A stretch of 64,000 nucleotides of DNA, from positions 206,398,001 to 206,462,000 of the forward strand of contig NC_091473.1 of assembly GCF_036971445.1 (NCBI RefSeq), written 5' to 3'. Origin of the DNA: Narcine bancroftii. Lineage: Eukaryota. Below are positions 24,120-36,540 of the stretch, one piece after another. The translations under genes and the position numbers were made by a program. The stretch's first letter is position 1, and every line of letters begins with the position of its first letter. The notes beneath the pieces were generated by a model, which saw only the letters and a program-made list of their open reading frames with translations, was not told the origin of the DNA and did no database searches.

Positions 24120-24608
24120 TAAACACTGTTGTCCTACTGATAATTACAAGGCTACCCGGTGAGTTTATCCTTAAATGGCTCCTGTGATACCGTTAGTTGC
24201 TTTCACTTCCAGCTATTGAAAATTCCATGCTTTGTTACAGGGGCGTGGGGCGTTGGTTCAGTGTGGCAGAATCTCAGAGTTGACACTGTGAGGAGAACAA
24301 TCTGTAACAATTAATTATAGTTACCCTTCAGCATTTAGTGACCACACCTCTATTTGGTACATAAGTTAATCCGAAGAATCTGCATGATTCTTGTCTCTGA
24401 GGCTGCTATGAATAATTAGCTGATCCAAATAAAGATCAATACCTAGTATTCTAATCTATTCTATAGTCAGGATTTCTATTTTTCTTCATTGGAATAATCA
24501 TCTTATGCTTTTAACCTTCTCTGTGATCATTGAAACCGATGCAGAAGAGTTTCCGAATGCCTCACGATGCATACCAGGGTGGAAAAGCGGCGTAAAGCAA
24601 CAAAATCC
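24120..24608 (+). pseudogene. TCR V pseudogene, family C copy 3
   Basis: Leader remnant ending ccg/gtgag, ttgttacag acceptor (24240), SVWQN..SIWYI. Degenerate RSS CATACCA-23-ACAAAATCC (24570-24608). Confidence 0.7.
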
Positions 24609-25466
24609 AACACTGGTTTGTTGCAACCAGCTCTCAGCAAAGGGAACACTTACTCCGCTGAACGGACGTGATCAGATGTCGATCAGTTTCCTAGTGTGTA
24701 GTAAATTCGTTCCAAACATTCTTTGTTTCAAGGAGCCGAGCAGAATTTTTTTCAGTGTTTCAAACAAGCGAGACTTCAACTGAGTGACTATGACCTCGCT
24801 TCCATATCGAGTACAAGATTAACAGGAATTTGCATCTTTCTGTGCGTCCTGTTGCTTTTACAATCATGAGAAGAGACACCTTAATTTTTCTAATCCCATC
24901 GACTTGATAATGATCGAATCAAAATGTAACATTTATTTTGGGGTAAATCATACTTTGTGCTTGTTATGAATTGCTGCGGATATGTGATGCAGAGATATCA
25001 ACTCNNNNNNNNNNNNNNNNNNNNNNNNNNNNNNNNNNNNNNNNNNNNNNNNNNNNNNNNNNNNNNNNNNNNNNNNNNNNNNNNNNNNNNNNNNNNNNNN
25101 NNNNNNNNNNNNNNNNNNNNNNNNNNNNNNNNNNNNNNNNNNNNNNNNNNNNTCCAGAGAGAGGGATAGATCTATGAATGGATAGGTAGATAGATAGAAA
25201 AATAGATAGAAGAAGAGATGGATAGAGAGATCAGATGTGACAGAAACATAGGTTGGCAGGGATCGAGAATGATTGACATAGCACAGGAAAAACGAGCAAC
25301 GTATGTCAAGAAATTGCGTACATTTTAGGAGATCAATACATCATGAAACTCTGAACGATGACATAATCTCCCGTCAAGTAAAGGGCTTGCCCCTAACTAA
25401 TGATGTATCAGGCATAAACATGGTGTAATGTTCCCACACATCCCTTCTTTTTTTGTAAGCACCACC

Positions 25467-25653
25467 ATGATCTTTGTCTGGTTCAAGCTAATTATAACTT
25501 CCTTGATTCCCAGTGAGTCTGTTTAAATGGATCGTTTGCGTAGCGCGGCTATGGTTCACTTTTAACGTGATCACAGTTTCGTGTTTATTTTTTCCAGGAG
25601 ATTTTGGCGACGATTCTATCTCCAAATAGCCATCTGAGCTGTCGGTGGAAGAA
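25467..25653 (+). pseudogene. TCR V pseudogene, family B copy 4 (leader plus first ~18 codons only)
   Basis: Leader MIFVWFKLIITSLIP then gtgagt (25467-25512), acceptor at 25597, DFGDDSISK*PSELSVEE, then L1 sequence. Confidence 0.88.
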
Positions 25654-28600
25654 ATATTATGGCAAGAACTTTTCTCTGAGGGAATTGGTATTGGAAAGAG
25701 CCCATAGAGCTTTAAGAAGAACACCCTCAGCTGGTCAACCACCGAGACTGGTAATGATTCGATGTTTGAGTTATTTGCAAAAAGAAGAAATACTTTGATT
25801 TGCAGAACAAATTATGAGACAACGACAAACCCTATCACTGATTAGGAATAGCAGAGTCATTTTTATCCGGATCTGAGTCAAGATGTCATTCAAAGTCAAC
25901 GTCGATTTAATCCAGTTAAAGAAGTTTTGTGGCATAAAGGTTATGTCAACTTTTCGATACCCTGCAGTGTTGAAGGTGTTTTATGGAGACTATCAATTTC
26001 AGTTTTTTGAAACTGATCGTGCAGCAATGATTTTTGCTGATTCATTGCCAGATATAAGAGGACAAAGTCGTAGTTTATCATTATCTCCTAAAGAAAAATC
26101 TGGTTGTTCTGGAAACGGAAGAAATGGCAGAAATGGGAAAAACGGGGAATGGAAAGAGTCTACTTCCTTCTGAAATGGGATCTTTGAGATTGAAATCTTC
26201 TGGATGAAAAGAAGAATTTTCTTATTCTATTTTTTCTTTTGTTATTATAATATTTTGATGTTATTGACTGTTTGGCTGGGGAGGGAGAGATTAGCACTAC
26301 GCTCTTTATTAGTCATCAGCCACTTGTGGCTGACCCACACCCACTTTTTGTTCAGGGGATTACTACCTTTTTGTTGTTTTTTTGGGGGGAGGGGATTTTC
26401 TTTTTTTTCTTTATTATTTTTATTTTCATTTTAGTTAGTTTTTAATTTGTGATTTTTTTCTATTGGAGGGCAAATATACGTTGATTTGAGTTTTTATATA
26501 AAGATATTATATTACCAGTTTACCTATCTCGGCTGCACCATTTCATCAGATGCAAGGATCGACAATAAGATAGACAACAGACTCGCCAAGGCAAATAGCG
26601 CCTTTGGAAGACTACACAAAAGAGTCTGGAAAAACAACCAACTGAAAAACCTCACAAAGATAAGCGTATACAGAGCCGTTGTCATACCCACACTCCTGTT
26701 CGGCTCCGAATCATGGGTCCTCTACCGGCACCACCTACGGCTCCTAGAACGCTTCCACCAGCATTGTCTCCGCTCCATCCTCAACATCCATTGGAGCGCT
26801 TACATCCCTAACATCGAAGTACTCGAGATGGCAGAGGTCGACAGCATCGAGTCCACACTGCTGAAGATCCAGCTGCGCTGGATGGGTCACGTCTCCAGAA
26901 TGGAGGACCATCGGCTTCCCAAGATCGTGTTATATGGCGAGCTCTCCACTGGCCACCGTGACAGAGGTGCACCAAAGAAAAGGTTCAAGGACTGCCTAAA
27001 GAAATCTCTTGGTGCCTGCCACATTGACCACCGCCAGTGGGCTGATATCGCCTCAAACCGTGCATCTTGGCGCCTCACAGTTTGGCGGGCAGCAACCTCC
27101 TTTGAAGAAGACCGCAGAGCCTACCTCACTGACAAAAGGCAAAGGAGGAAAAACCCAACCCACCAATTTTCCCCTGCAACCGCTGCAATCGTGTCTGCCT
27201 GTCCCGCATCGGACTTGTCAGCCACAAACGAGCCTGCAGATGACGTGGACTTTTTACCCCCTCCATAAATCTTCGTCCGCGAAGCCAAGCCAAAGAAGAA
27301 TTATAGGTATTTAGTAATAATAGTAGATACGTCAAAATTGAGGTTTGCTACTTTTAATTTTCAAGGATTAAATAACCCAATTAAGCGTAAGCGAGTCTTG
27401 GCGTATATTAAGAAAATGAAAATTGATATTGCTTTTTTACAAGGAACATATTTGAAAGTGAAGAAAAGTATGAAATTAAAGAGGGACTGGGTAGGGCATG
27501 TGTATTATTCTAGGGCTAAAGGCGTAGCAATTTTAATACATAAAAATTATCTTTTGCATTACAATCAATGGAAGAAAAGGCAGGATGTATTATTAAATTG
27601 AATTGTAAGATTTTAGCGAATTTTGGACTTTACTTAATATTTATGCCCCAAATGCAGATAATGAATTATTTATTTCAGATGCATTTTTATGTTTGTGTCA
27701 GGCTAATGATAATATTTTAGTTGGTGTTGATTTTAATTGTGTTTTGGAATATTTATTAGATAAACTACCGAAGTAAGTTAAAAAAAAATCCAAGATGGCA
27801 ATTCAGGTCCAAGCGTTGATGAAAGATCTTAATTTAGTAGATATTTGGAGACGTGTTAATCCAAGAGAGAAAAAAAATTTCCGTTTATTCATCTTGACAT
27901 GGATCGTTTTCAAGGATTGACTTATTTTTAGTATCGGCACATTTACAATGGAAAGTACAACAAGTTGAATATAAAAGTAGGGTGATTTCAGATCATATGA
28001 AACTTCTGAGAAAATTCAAATGGCCTATCGTTGGAAGTTTAATACAGATGAGCAGAAAATAGAATTATCTAGGCTGAAATTGAAATATAATACTTTGCAA
28101 TCTTATCAATTTGAATGTGTGATTAATAGGACTAAACAACGGTATTATGAATACAGAGAGAAAGCACATAAGGTATTGGCATGGCAATTAAAGAAGGAAC
28201 AGATATCGAGGACTATTCATGCTGTTAGATGGAATTCTCTTATTACTTATAAACCTCGTGAGATTAATCATGAATTTTATTCATTTTATAAGAAGTTATA
28301 TACATCTGAAGGAAAACAAGAAACTGGATCGAATGATATTTTTTATCACAGTTGAATTTACCAATATTAGAGGATGGAGATATACAGGAGTTAGAAGAAC
28401 CATTTACTGATTCGTAAATTTAAATGGCTATGCTGGAAATTCCGAATGGTAAATCGCCTGATGATGATGGATTTTCGGTTAAATTTTATAATTGTTTTAA
28501 TGATGAATTATCTACAGAGTTTGCGGATATATTACGTCAAGTTGGAAATCATTATGAATTACCTGAGTCTTGTTCTAGTGGTTTAATTACAGTAATTCCT

Positions 28601-31001
28601 AAATAAAAAGATAGAAATCCTTTGAAAGTATCTTCATATAGACCAATATCGTTGTTAAATGTAGATTATAAAATAATAGCTAAAATATTAGCGAATAGAT
28701 TTTCTAGATTTTTACCCAGTTGATTCATATTGATCAAAAAGGTTTTATACAGAATAGGTATGCTTCCGATAACATTTTGCACGTGATTAGTTTGATTAAG
28801 AGATTTTGACTATCTTTCAATCACTCGATGGCGATATCATTAGATGTAGACAGAGTGGAATGGAATTTTTTGTATAAAGTTTGGAGAAATTTAAGTTTGG
28901 TCCTTCTTCTATTGATTGAATTAGGGCTCTATATTGTAAATTGGTAGCGAGAGTATTGAGAAACTGTTTGAGTTCAGAATCTTTTAAGTTAACTCAATCA
29001 ATTCGTCAAGGTTGTCCTTTATCATCAGCTTTGTTTGCGTTACTGATTGAACTATTAGCACAGTTGCTGAGACAAAATACACAGATACAAGGTATGAAAG
29101 CTTTAGATGAGGAGTATAAAATTAATTTATTTGCTGATCATGTATTTGTGTATTTAATAAACCCAGCTCAGTCACTTTTGCATTTGAAGGTATGTTTTAC
29201 ACAATATAGATGTCTTTCTGGATATAAAATTAATTGAGGAAAAAAGTGAAATATTATCGGTAAGTGAAGGAAATTATTCAGTTTATAAGAATATTATTAA
29301 TTTGAAGTGTACTGATCAAATTAAATATCAGCGTATAATTTTCAATTTTAATTATCAATCTTTATTTAAGTTAAATTATGCTCAGTTAATGAAAAAAAAT
29401 TTAAACTGATTTGATAAAATGGAAAGATTTACCTATTAAATTTAACAGAAAGGATAAAAACAATTAAGGTGAATATCTTTTCATGAATACAATATTTATT
29501 TCTATCTATTCCGCATTTACTTGATTATTTTTTTCCAGATTGGAATAAAATGGTTAGGAAGCTTTTATGGAGGGATAAATTTTCGAGAATAGCTTTGAAT
29601 AAATTAACTTGGAAATATGAGTTAAGGGGACTATGTTTACCACATTTTCAAAATTATTATGAAGCATCCCAACTTAAATTTATTAGTTCATTTATGAATT
29701 TGCTATGACCTTTTCGTTGGGCTACAATTGAGATGGCAAGTATTTCTGAATTTGAAATACATCAATTTCTGTTGCTGGGGAATATACATTTGTTACAATA
29801 ATATAATGTGCCTATACTAAAACATTTAATGATGTTATGGATAAAGAAAAATAAAATGACGGGCTCTCGGGGTAAATTATCGGCTTTGACTCCATTGTAT
29901 AATGATCAAATTATTTCTTTTTCAATACATAATCGTTTATTGCATTGGAGATTTAAAAGTGTAAAAAATTTGGGAGATAATTTTAAACAGGGTATGTTTT
30001 TATCTTTTAATCAGATGAGGGAAGATTTTGGTATTGATAAGAACTCTTTAATTCTTTGTTATCAAATTCTATCTTTGGTAAAATGTATCTTTGGTACAGA
30101 TATGATTTTTCCTAAAATGACTGAATTTTACATTTTCTTATGAAGGTACCAGAGAAGGGTTACATTTCATCTATGTATCAAATATTACAGGATGGTATGG
30201 ATAAAAAGGTTTGAGATGGATCTAAAATTAAATGGGAAGCGGATATTAGTTTTATTTTTTCTGAAGATGATTGGTTAGATATTTGTTATGATAGCTTAAC
30301 TAGATTGATAAATGCACGTTATGCAATGATTAATTACATTTTGTGCATTAATTATATTTGACACCTGAAAAAAATAAAAAGAAATATGGTTTTAATGAAT
30401 CACATTTGTGTTTTAGATTTGGTGATACGGTTCGATCTTTTTTTCATGCTGTGTGGTTATGTATACATATACAATCTTTTTAAAAGAAATTTCAATCATT
30501 TTTGGAATACCTGTATAAGATTAAAATAGTTTTAGATCCAACAGTATTTTTATTGGGTATTTTGCAACCTCTGACAGGTTTGGGATTAGATAAGTTCCAG
30601 CTTGCTTTTGTATATTTAGCATTATCCGTAGCGAAAAAAATGTATTGCTAGTTCGTGGAAAGATACAAATATGATTGATATTAATAGATGGCATAATGAG
30701 ATGAAATATTGGTTAATAATGTAAAACAATTACGTATGTTTCGCATGATAATTATATTTTTTTATCAATAAGTGCCTGTTATACTCGGAATATTTGCATT
30801 TGAACTTATATTGACGAGATTTTAATACGTACATTTAACTTTTTCTTTAATATTCTTTTTTTATGGTTCTCATTAAGAGAGTTGGCTAAAGTGGTGGTTC
30901 TTTTCTTTTTCTACATATAAAAAACGTTCATGTTCATGTTTAATTGCTGCATTTGTCATATATTCTTTGTTTATTTTGAACGAATAAATAAAGTTTAAAA
31001 A
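25654..31001 (+). mobile_element. L1-clade LINE (3' part of ORF1 plus decayed ORF2)
   Basis: ORF1 ELVLERAHRAL...RYPAVLKV; endonuclease FNFQGLNNPIKRKRVLAYIKKMKIDIAFLQ; RT GKSPDDDGF, YRPISLLNVDYKI, RQGCPLS, LFADH. AATAAA and A tail at the end. Confidence 0.93.
26514..27300 (+). mobile_element. RTE LINE, 5'-truncated, nested between L1 ORF1 and ORF2
   Basis: Near-identical to the other RTE copies; ends gccaagccaaagaagaa. Confidence 0.95.
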
Positions 31002-32972
31002 CGGAAGGGCATTCCTCTTGATTACCTGTGAGATGCATATTTGTGTAAGCACCGCACCCTTCGGGGCCAGGCGAAGACTCTATATAATTCTTTCAGGTTG
31101 ACCATGCAGTCGTGCAACAGAGTTCAAATGCGTCCGATATTTATTTCATCACTTTGTGATACTGTTTCCCCAATTGTGAAGAAATTTAAAATCACGGGTA
31201 CTCATCCCTCTTATTGGACAAAATTTCGGATAGTTGGAAAGAAATGAAAACATAAGAAAAATAAGGCATTGAACGATTGCCATAATGAATGGTTTTGGGC
31301 CGCCACGTTGATTATGTACCATTGCCTCTGATTGAGTCTGCGTGACCTGCTGTGTTTCTTCAGCATTTTATTTTTGTATAACACGACAATCACAGCGTCC
31401 GCAGTCCTTCCTGTTCAAAATTGAAGTAATTTATTATTTTAAAGGCACGTGCTTCATATTATATCGCGGAGGAAAGCCGAGAAAGCCAGAAGAAGAAGAA
31501 GGGCGGTGAGGAACCTGAAAGAAGAAAGTAGGAGGTGCTAAAATGGAGGAATAATGAATATATAAACAGAGAAAACGGGAAACGAGAGAGAGAGAGTGAG
31601 TAACATAATGCGAAAGTGTGTCTGTGTGCGAGAGCGAGAGAGAGATAGAAAGAGAAATAGAGAGAGAGAGAGAGAGAGCTGAATATTAGATAAATTGGCA
31701 TGGAAATTGGCGGGTAAAGAGAGTGAGTACCTGTGGTTCTATTTCCGATGAAAAATTTTGTTAAAATCCAGCGAGAGTCGGGGCATGAGGTTGCTTTCAA
31801 GAAACGGTTGGATAATGAGAGAAACCAATCAGTCATCAAAGCCAACGTGACTGTGCGGGTTTTCGAATGGATCCAGAGGCATGGAGAATGATGTGCACAT
31901 AGAGGCAGAAAACAGTCAAAATTTTTAAAGGAAGAAAAAATATATATATCAGTTGAGCATGCACACAGTTCATAATTCCCACATTCCACAGGCAGATCAA
32001 ACTGTCCCAACTATATAAGTCCCTATTTCCAGTGTTTGGCTGAGGTCCTTCTAATCCTATCCATTTATCCATCCATTCTTCAATATTGCTATCGCATGTA
32101 ACCCAACCACATTCATTCAGCAGCTGTTTTATATCCTCTATTACCCTCCTTTCATCTCGTAAATGTGCTTTACCTCACCTTAAACACATGTCTACAGATA
32201 ATCCGACACAGAACAAAAAACTGCGTTCACCTGATTTATTCCTCTGTTGATTGATTGTAGCACTAGAGCACCACTAATTGTCTTGTGGAACTATCAGTAA
32301 ATTCATAGCCTTCCAAAACTCTCCATCCATCTCAGGAGTCTGAGTTCTGGAAACATCTTGATAATTATTCTCTTTAAAATGTCCAGATCGACAACTTAAT
32401 TTTTATTATATGGCGACAAATTCAAAACACAATAATCCACATGGTACCACATCAAAAACTCGTAAAGCTGAAACACCATTTTAAAACGTCCGTACTCAAC
32501 AATGAAACAGATGCAGGCTAATGTGAAGGGAGGCTTGTGACCAGCATATCTACCATTATAAGATACTCTGTACCTTTACGCTTCTGTTCTACAATGCAGC
32601 TCAGATTCCTAATATTGACCAAATAGTTCCAGACCACGTTATACCTCCTAAATACAATACCCCTCATTTCTGAATTAAACTCCATCAACCATTCAACTAC
32701 CTACCAGACCAATCGTCTAATGTTTGCACTACTTTTGGTAAACGTCGTCACAATCTTAAATACCGGACACATGTACATTTTCATTTAAACGATTAATATA
32801 GGTGAGAAACAGCAATGGTACCTGCATAAAAGCAAATGGACAAATTTTGTCACCTGTGAGTGATTAGTCAATTATATAATGGGGAAACACTATTTACACA
32901 GACATATATTATCAGGGACTGGAATATGTTACATATAATCTGGGCTATACTGTTTGGTCCGGAATAAACACC

Positions 32973-33413
32973 GTGATGAGACTATGGTCCTCAATGATAA
33001 TTTCAGGCATCACCATTAATTTTCTCCTTTCATGATTTCTGTGGGAATCTTTGTTTTTATTCACTTCCTGTTATTGAAACTTCTGCGCTTTGTCGGACTG
33101 ATGTTCGGTGATAATTCAATGTCTCACAATAGTTTGAGCTTTCACTAGAAGAAAAGAATTTGTAAGAGGGAATTGCAGTGATGACACTACCATTTGGTAC
33201 ATTTGGTGAACTGAATAATAATTGAAATATCTTCTTCAGATAGTGCGTAATTGACCCAAAGAGGGATTTCGATTCTCTAGCCATGGGCTCAGCTGTTATG
33301 ATATCGCTATATCTTCAGCTTTCTCCATGATTCTTTTGTTTGAAGACGAAGTGTTTGTGTGTGCCATGAGACACACACTACGGCTGAGAAGCAACGGACC
33401 CGAATACAGGACC
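32973..33413 (+). pseudogene. TCR V pseudogene, family C copy 4
   Basis: DNSMSHN, DDTTIWYIW, KYLLQI and VFVCAMR remnants. Heptamer CACACTA at 33374-33380 with a degenerate nonamer. Confidence 0.72.
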
Positions 33414-33774
33414 AATACCTGGTAGTTTCAGCAACCTCTCACCAAAAGTAACACATCCTCGGCTGAAGTGAAGTGATGTGATCAGACGCAGAACAATTTT
33501 CCGCTGTTTATACCTGGACGTGCATGTAAGTTCATAGTGTTTCACGTCCAATTGGTTTTAGATTCAGGAGAAAATTCTCTTTGATTTAATGAATCGTATT
33601 CTATTGCCGATAAATGACTCACAATATAAGATATATTTTGGAATACAATGGACATTGTAGCTGTTGTGAAGTATGGAGGAGGTGTGATGAAGAGATGCGA
33701 GACAGTGACATACATTATACACACATCAACACACCCAGGTAAACACACGCAGACAGACAGAAAGAAACACAAAT

Positions 33775-33776
<2 letters not shown>

Positions 33777-33812
<36 letters not shown>

Positions 33813-33838
33813 ACACACACACATACAGACACACACAC
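33777..33838. repeat. (CA)n microsatellite abutting an N run
   Basis: Seen directly. Confidence 0.9.
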
Positions 33839-34018
33839 GTGCGCNNNNNNNNNNNNNNNNNNNNNNNNNNNNNNNNNNNNNNNNNNNNNNNNNNNNNNNN
33901 NNNNNNNNNNNNNNNNNNNNNNNNNNNNNNNNNNNNNNNNNNNNNNNNNNNNNNNNNNNNNNNNNNNNNNNNNNNNNNNAAGCAAGCGAAAGAGCGAAAG
34001 TTTCCTGTTTTGTTGCAG

Positions 34019-34301
34019 GTGACTTTGGTGATTATTCTATCTCCTAGCATCAATATGAGGTTTCGGAGGAAGAAGGACGAACTGTAACGCTTCACTGTAA
34101 TTACACGGCTACATACCGTGCAGATACAGCCGTCCGGTACATCCTGTATCCTGGATATGCGCCACGATATGTACTGAATATATTAATCACTGGGTTCGAA
34201 TGTCATCGTCGGATATCTGAAAACTCTTTTCTGCTGTTTATCAGAAAACAAATCGGCTGCTTCTTTTAACAATATGTAGGCGTTCTTGTCTTCGATCACA
34301 A
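34019..34301 (+). pseudogene. TCR V pseudogene, family B copy 5
   Basis: ttgttgcag acceptor, DFGDYSIS*HQYEVSEEEGRTVTLHCNY...YILYPGYAPRYVLNI. Frameshifts; the Y-x-C end is deleted; no leader seen. Confidence 0.88.
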
Positions 34302-34340
34302 CACATTGCCACAGATATTTAGCACATCCGTACAAAAACC
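34302..34340 (+). other. 23-RSS of pseudogene B5 (near consensus)
   Basis: CACATTG, 23 nt, ACAAAAACC (consensus nonamer). Confidence 0.9.
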
Positions 34341-34869
34341 CTTCCCAGTTGTGATCTCGAGCTGTCACCAGTTGGCGCGATTACCTCCTCGAATGAAGCA
34401 GGGGTGAATACTGACGCAAAGCGAATTATGTCCTGGTACAACTCTGAAGGACCGATTACTCTCATGGAGTATGTGCTTATCATCTTGTGTGAAGATCCTA
34501 CATCAAATCGCCGAATGGAGAGGTGAGACTGCCGGAATAAAGAGGCATAACGATAGCGTGGGACACGAATATGCCGTTTATTATATGAATCAAGTCAGGG
34601 CAATATGGGGATCACAGGACACGGCAAAATTTGCGCACCTTATTTTAAAACCGAGTTGTCTCAAAAGCCCTTGCGTCTCCATAATTTTAACTTCCTATTC
34701 CTCAATAAATTCATCGTCCAATTCCAACCAAACAGAATTCTGTGCAGTTCTCAGAAGGGTAATTCCTCGTGAATCACAGTTTAACTGCACAGTTCGACAA
34801 GCGACATGTCGCTAATTCTTTTTGTCCAATTTGCAGTTATGTACATTTTAAAATATCATCAAAATCTTA

Positions 34870-35115
34870 AATTTAAGCATACAGCACGATAACAGGGCAT
34901 TTTAGCCCACAAGCTTATGTCGCCCAATTACACTTATTGACGAACAACCTCCGGGACTTTCAAACGGTGGGAGGAAACAAGGCCTCCCGGGAAAAATGCA
35001 TGTAGATAGAGGAAAATGTACCTATTCCTACAGACAGATCGGGATTCGAACCCCGGTGCTGATGGCTGGTGCTATAACTGCGTGGTGCAAACCGCAACGC
35101 CAACTCTGCCTCCCC
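34870..35115 (-). mobile_element. tRNA-derived SINE (V-SINE-like)
   Basis: gggattcgaacccc B-box and gtgggaggaaac core; reverse homologue of 45733-45975. Confidence 0.7.
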
Positions 35116-35639
35116 GACTTCAAGTGCGTCCCATATTTATTACAACATTACCTTGCCAATTAGAGTATAGATTGGACATTTCTATGAGAAATGTGGGAAA
35201 ACGGAAATCATTTGATCTTTTGAAGACCTTCTTCATTTGAAATCGCAGAATAGTACATTGAAACAGGAAGCAGAAAGGCGGTGCAGAACTTGAAATAAAT
35301 TTTGTGTCGTGAAGATTTCTGTAATATCAAAGTGATATATATTAAAACGGGAAAGTGAGCGTCGGTGAGTGACAGACATAGAGAGAAAGAGAGAGAGCGC
35401 GAGAGAGAAAAGAGAAAGATGGAGAGAAGAGGGAGAGAGAGGGGGGGAGAAAGAGAGAGAGAGAGAGCGGGAGGGAAGGAGGGAGAGAGAGAGAAACCCC
35501 ATGCATCTAGGCAACTCCTTTAATTGCAGGTGAAGTAGAAAGCCGCCCATACATCTAGGCAACCCTCCTTAATGAGACTTGAATAAAGCAAACTGCCGTA
35601 ATTCATCGGTCTGAGGCATAAACATTGTGAAACTAGACT

Positions 35640-36540
35640 GTTGTTTATGTTGGTTCGATGTTCCACATTCGTTTGACCTGACAATACTGTAAGTTTGAAC
35701 TGCAGTTAGCCGTCAGCAGTCAGTGACGACACTGTCATTTTACACATCGGGTGAAACAAATAATAGTCAAAATGTCTACTAGAAGATATTCAGTACTGAA
35801 TTTCTATTGGGAAAGATAGAAGGAACAAAACGCAAACTAAATTTGTCAATATATCAAGCGAAATTTGTCAAAATAGCAGTAGCAGTAGTTGTATTAAGTG
35901 ACTTGGAAATCGAACTCAGATGTACATATTGGAAGGTGGAATGCAGAAATTCAAAGCTGTTTTCCTTTAGTGAGTAAATTACATATAAAGTGAAAATAGA
36001 TATCTTATATTTTTGCGGATTTGGAGCTCGTATATACAAATATAGTCTCTACGTATGCAGGAATGTCCTTCCAGAATCTTAGTACCTACATTAACGTCCT
36101 TACTTAAAATGAAAATGATCATACAAAATCTGTTGCATTCCAATGTGTTGGGAGGTGACATACCGGGCAATCCATTATACTACATTTCTTTTCCTTCTTT
36201 TTATGCAATATATAATTCTACACATACGAATATAGTATCTCTTATGAGGGGGAGGGGAGGTGTTATGACCATCATATAACGAATGGAGGCTACTTCAATT
36301 TAAACACTTATTTTATTATACAACGATTTATTAAATATATGTATGTAACATAATTTTAAATAAAATATTAAAATTGATATTCAGTTCTGAATCAATCTCT
36401 CGATTCTCTAGACAGGTTATCTGGTTATCATAAAAATCGGTTTATTCATTCCTCAATCTCCCTGATCATTTTGTTTGATGTCAAAATGTTTCCGTGAACC
36501 ATGAGACACACTTGGCGGCGCAGAAGCATCGGAATTCCAG
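35640..36540 (+). pseudogene. TCR V pseudogene, family C copy 5, split by L1
   Basis: TVSLNCS and cagtgacgacactgtcattt in the 5' part; ctagacaggttatctg...ccatgagacacacttg in the 3' part. Confidence 0.7.
35802..36375 (+). mobile_element. 5'-truncated L1-like 3' end
   Basis: 17-bp TSD gatattcagt(a/t)ctgaat at 35785-35801 and 36376-36392. L1 ORF2 C-terminal remnants (W...KITY...F..IW..YI), AATAAA and A-rich tail. Confidence 0.75.
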
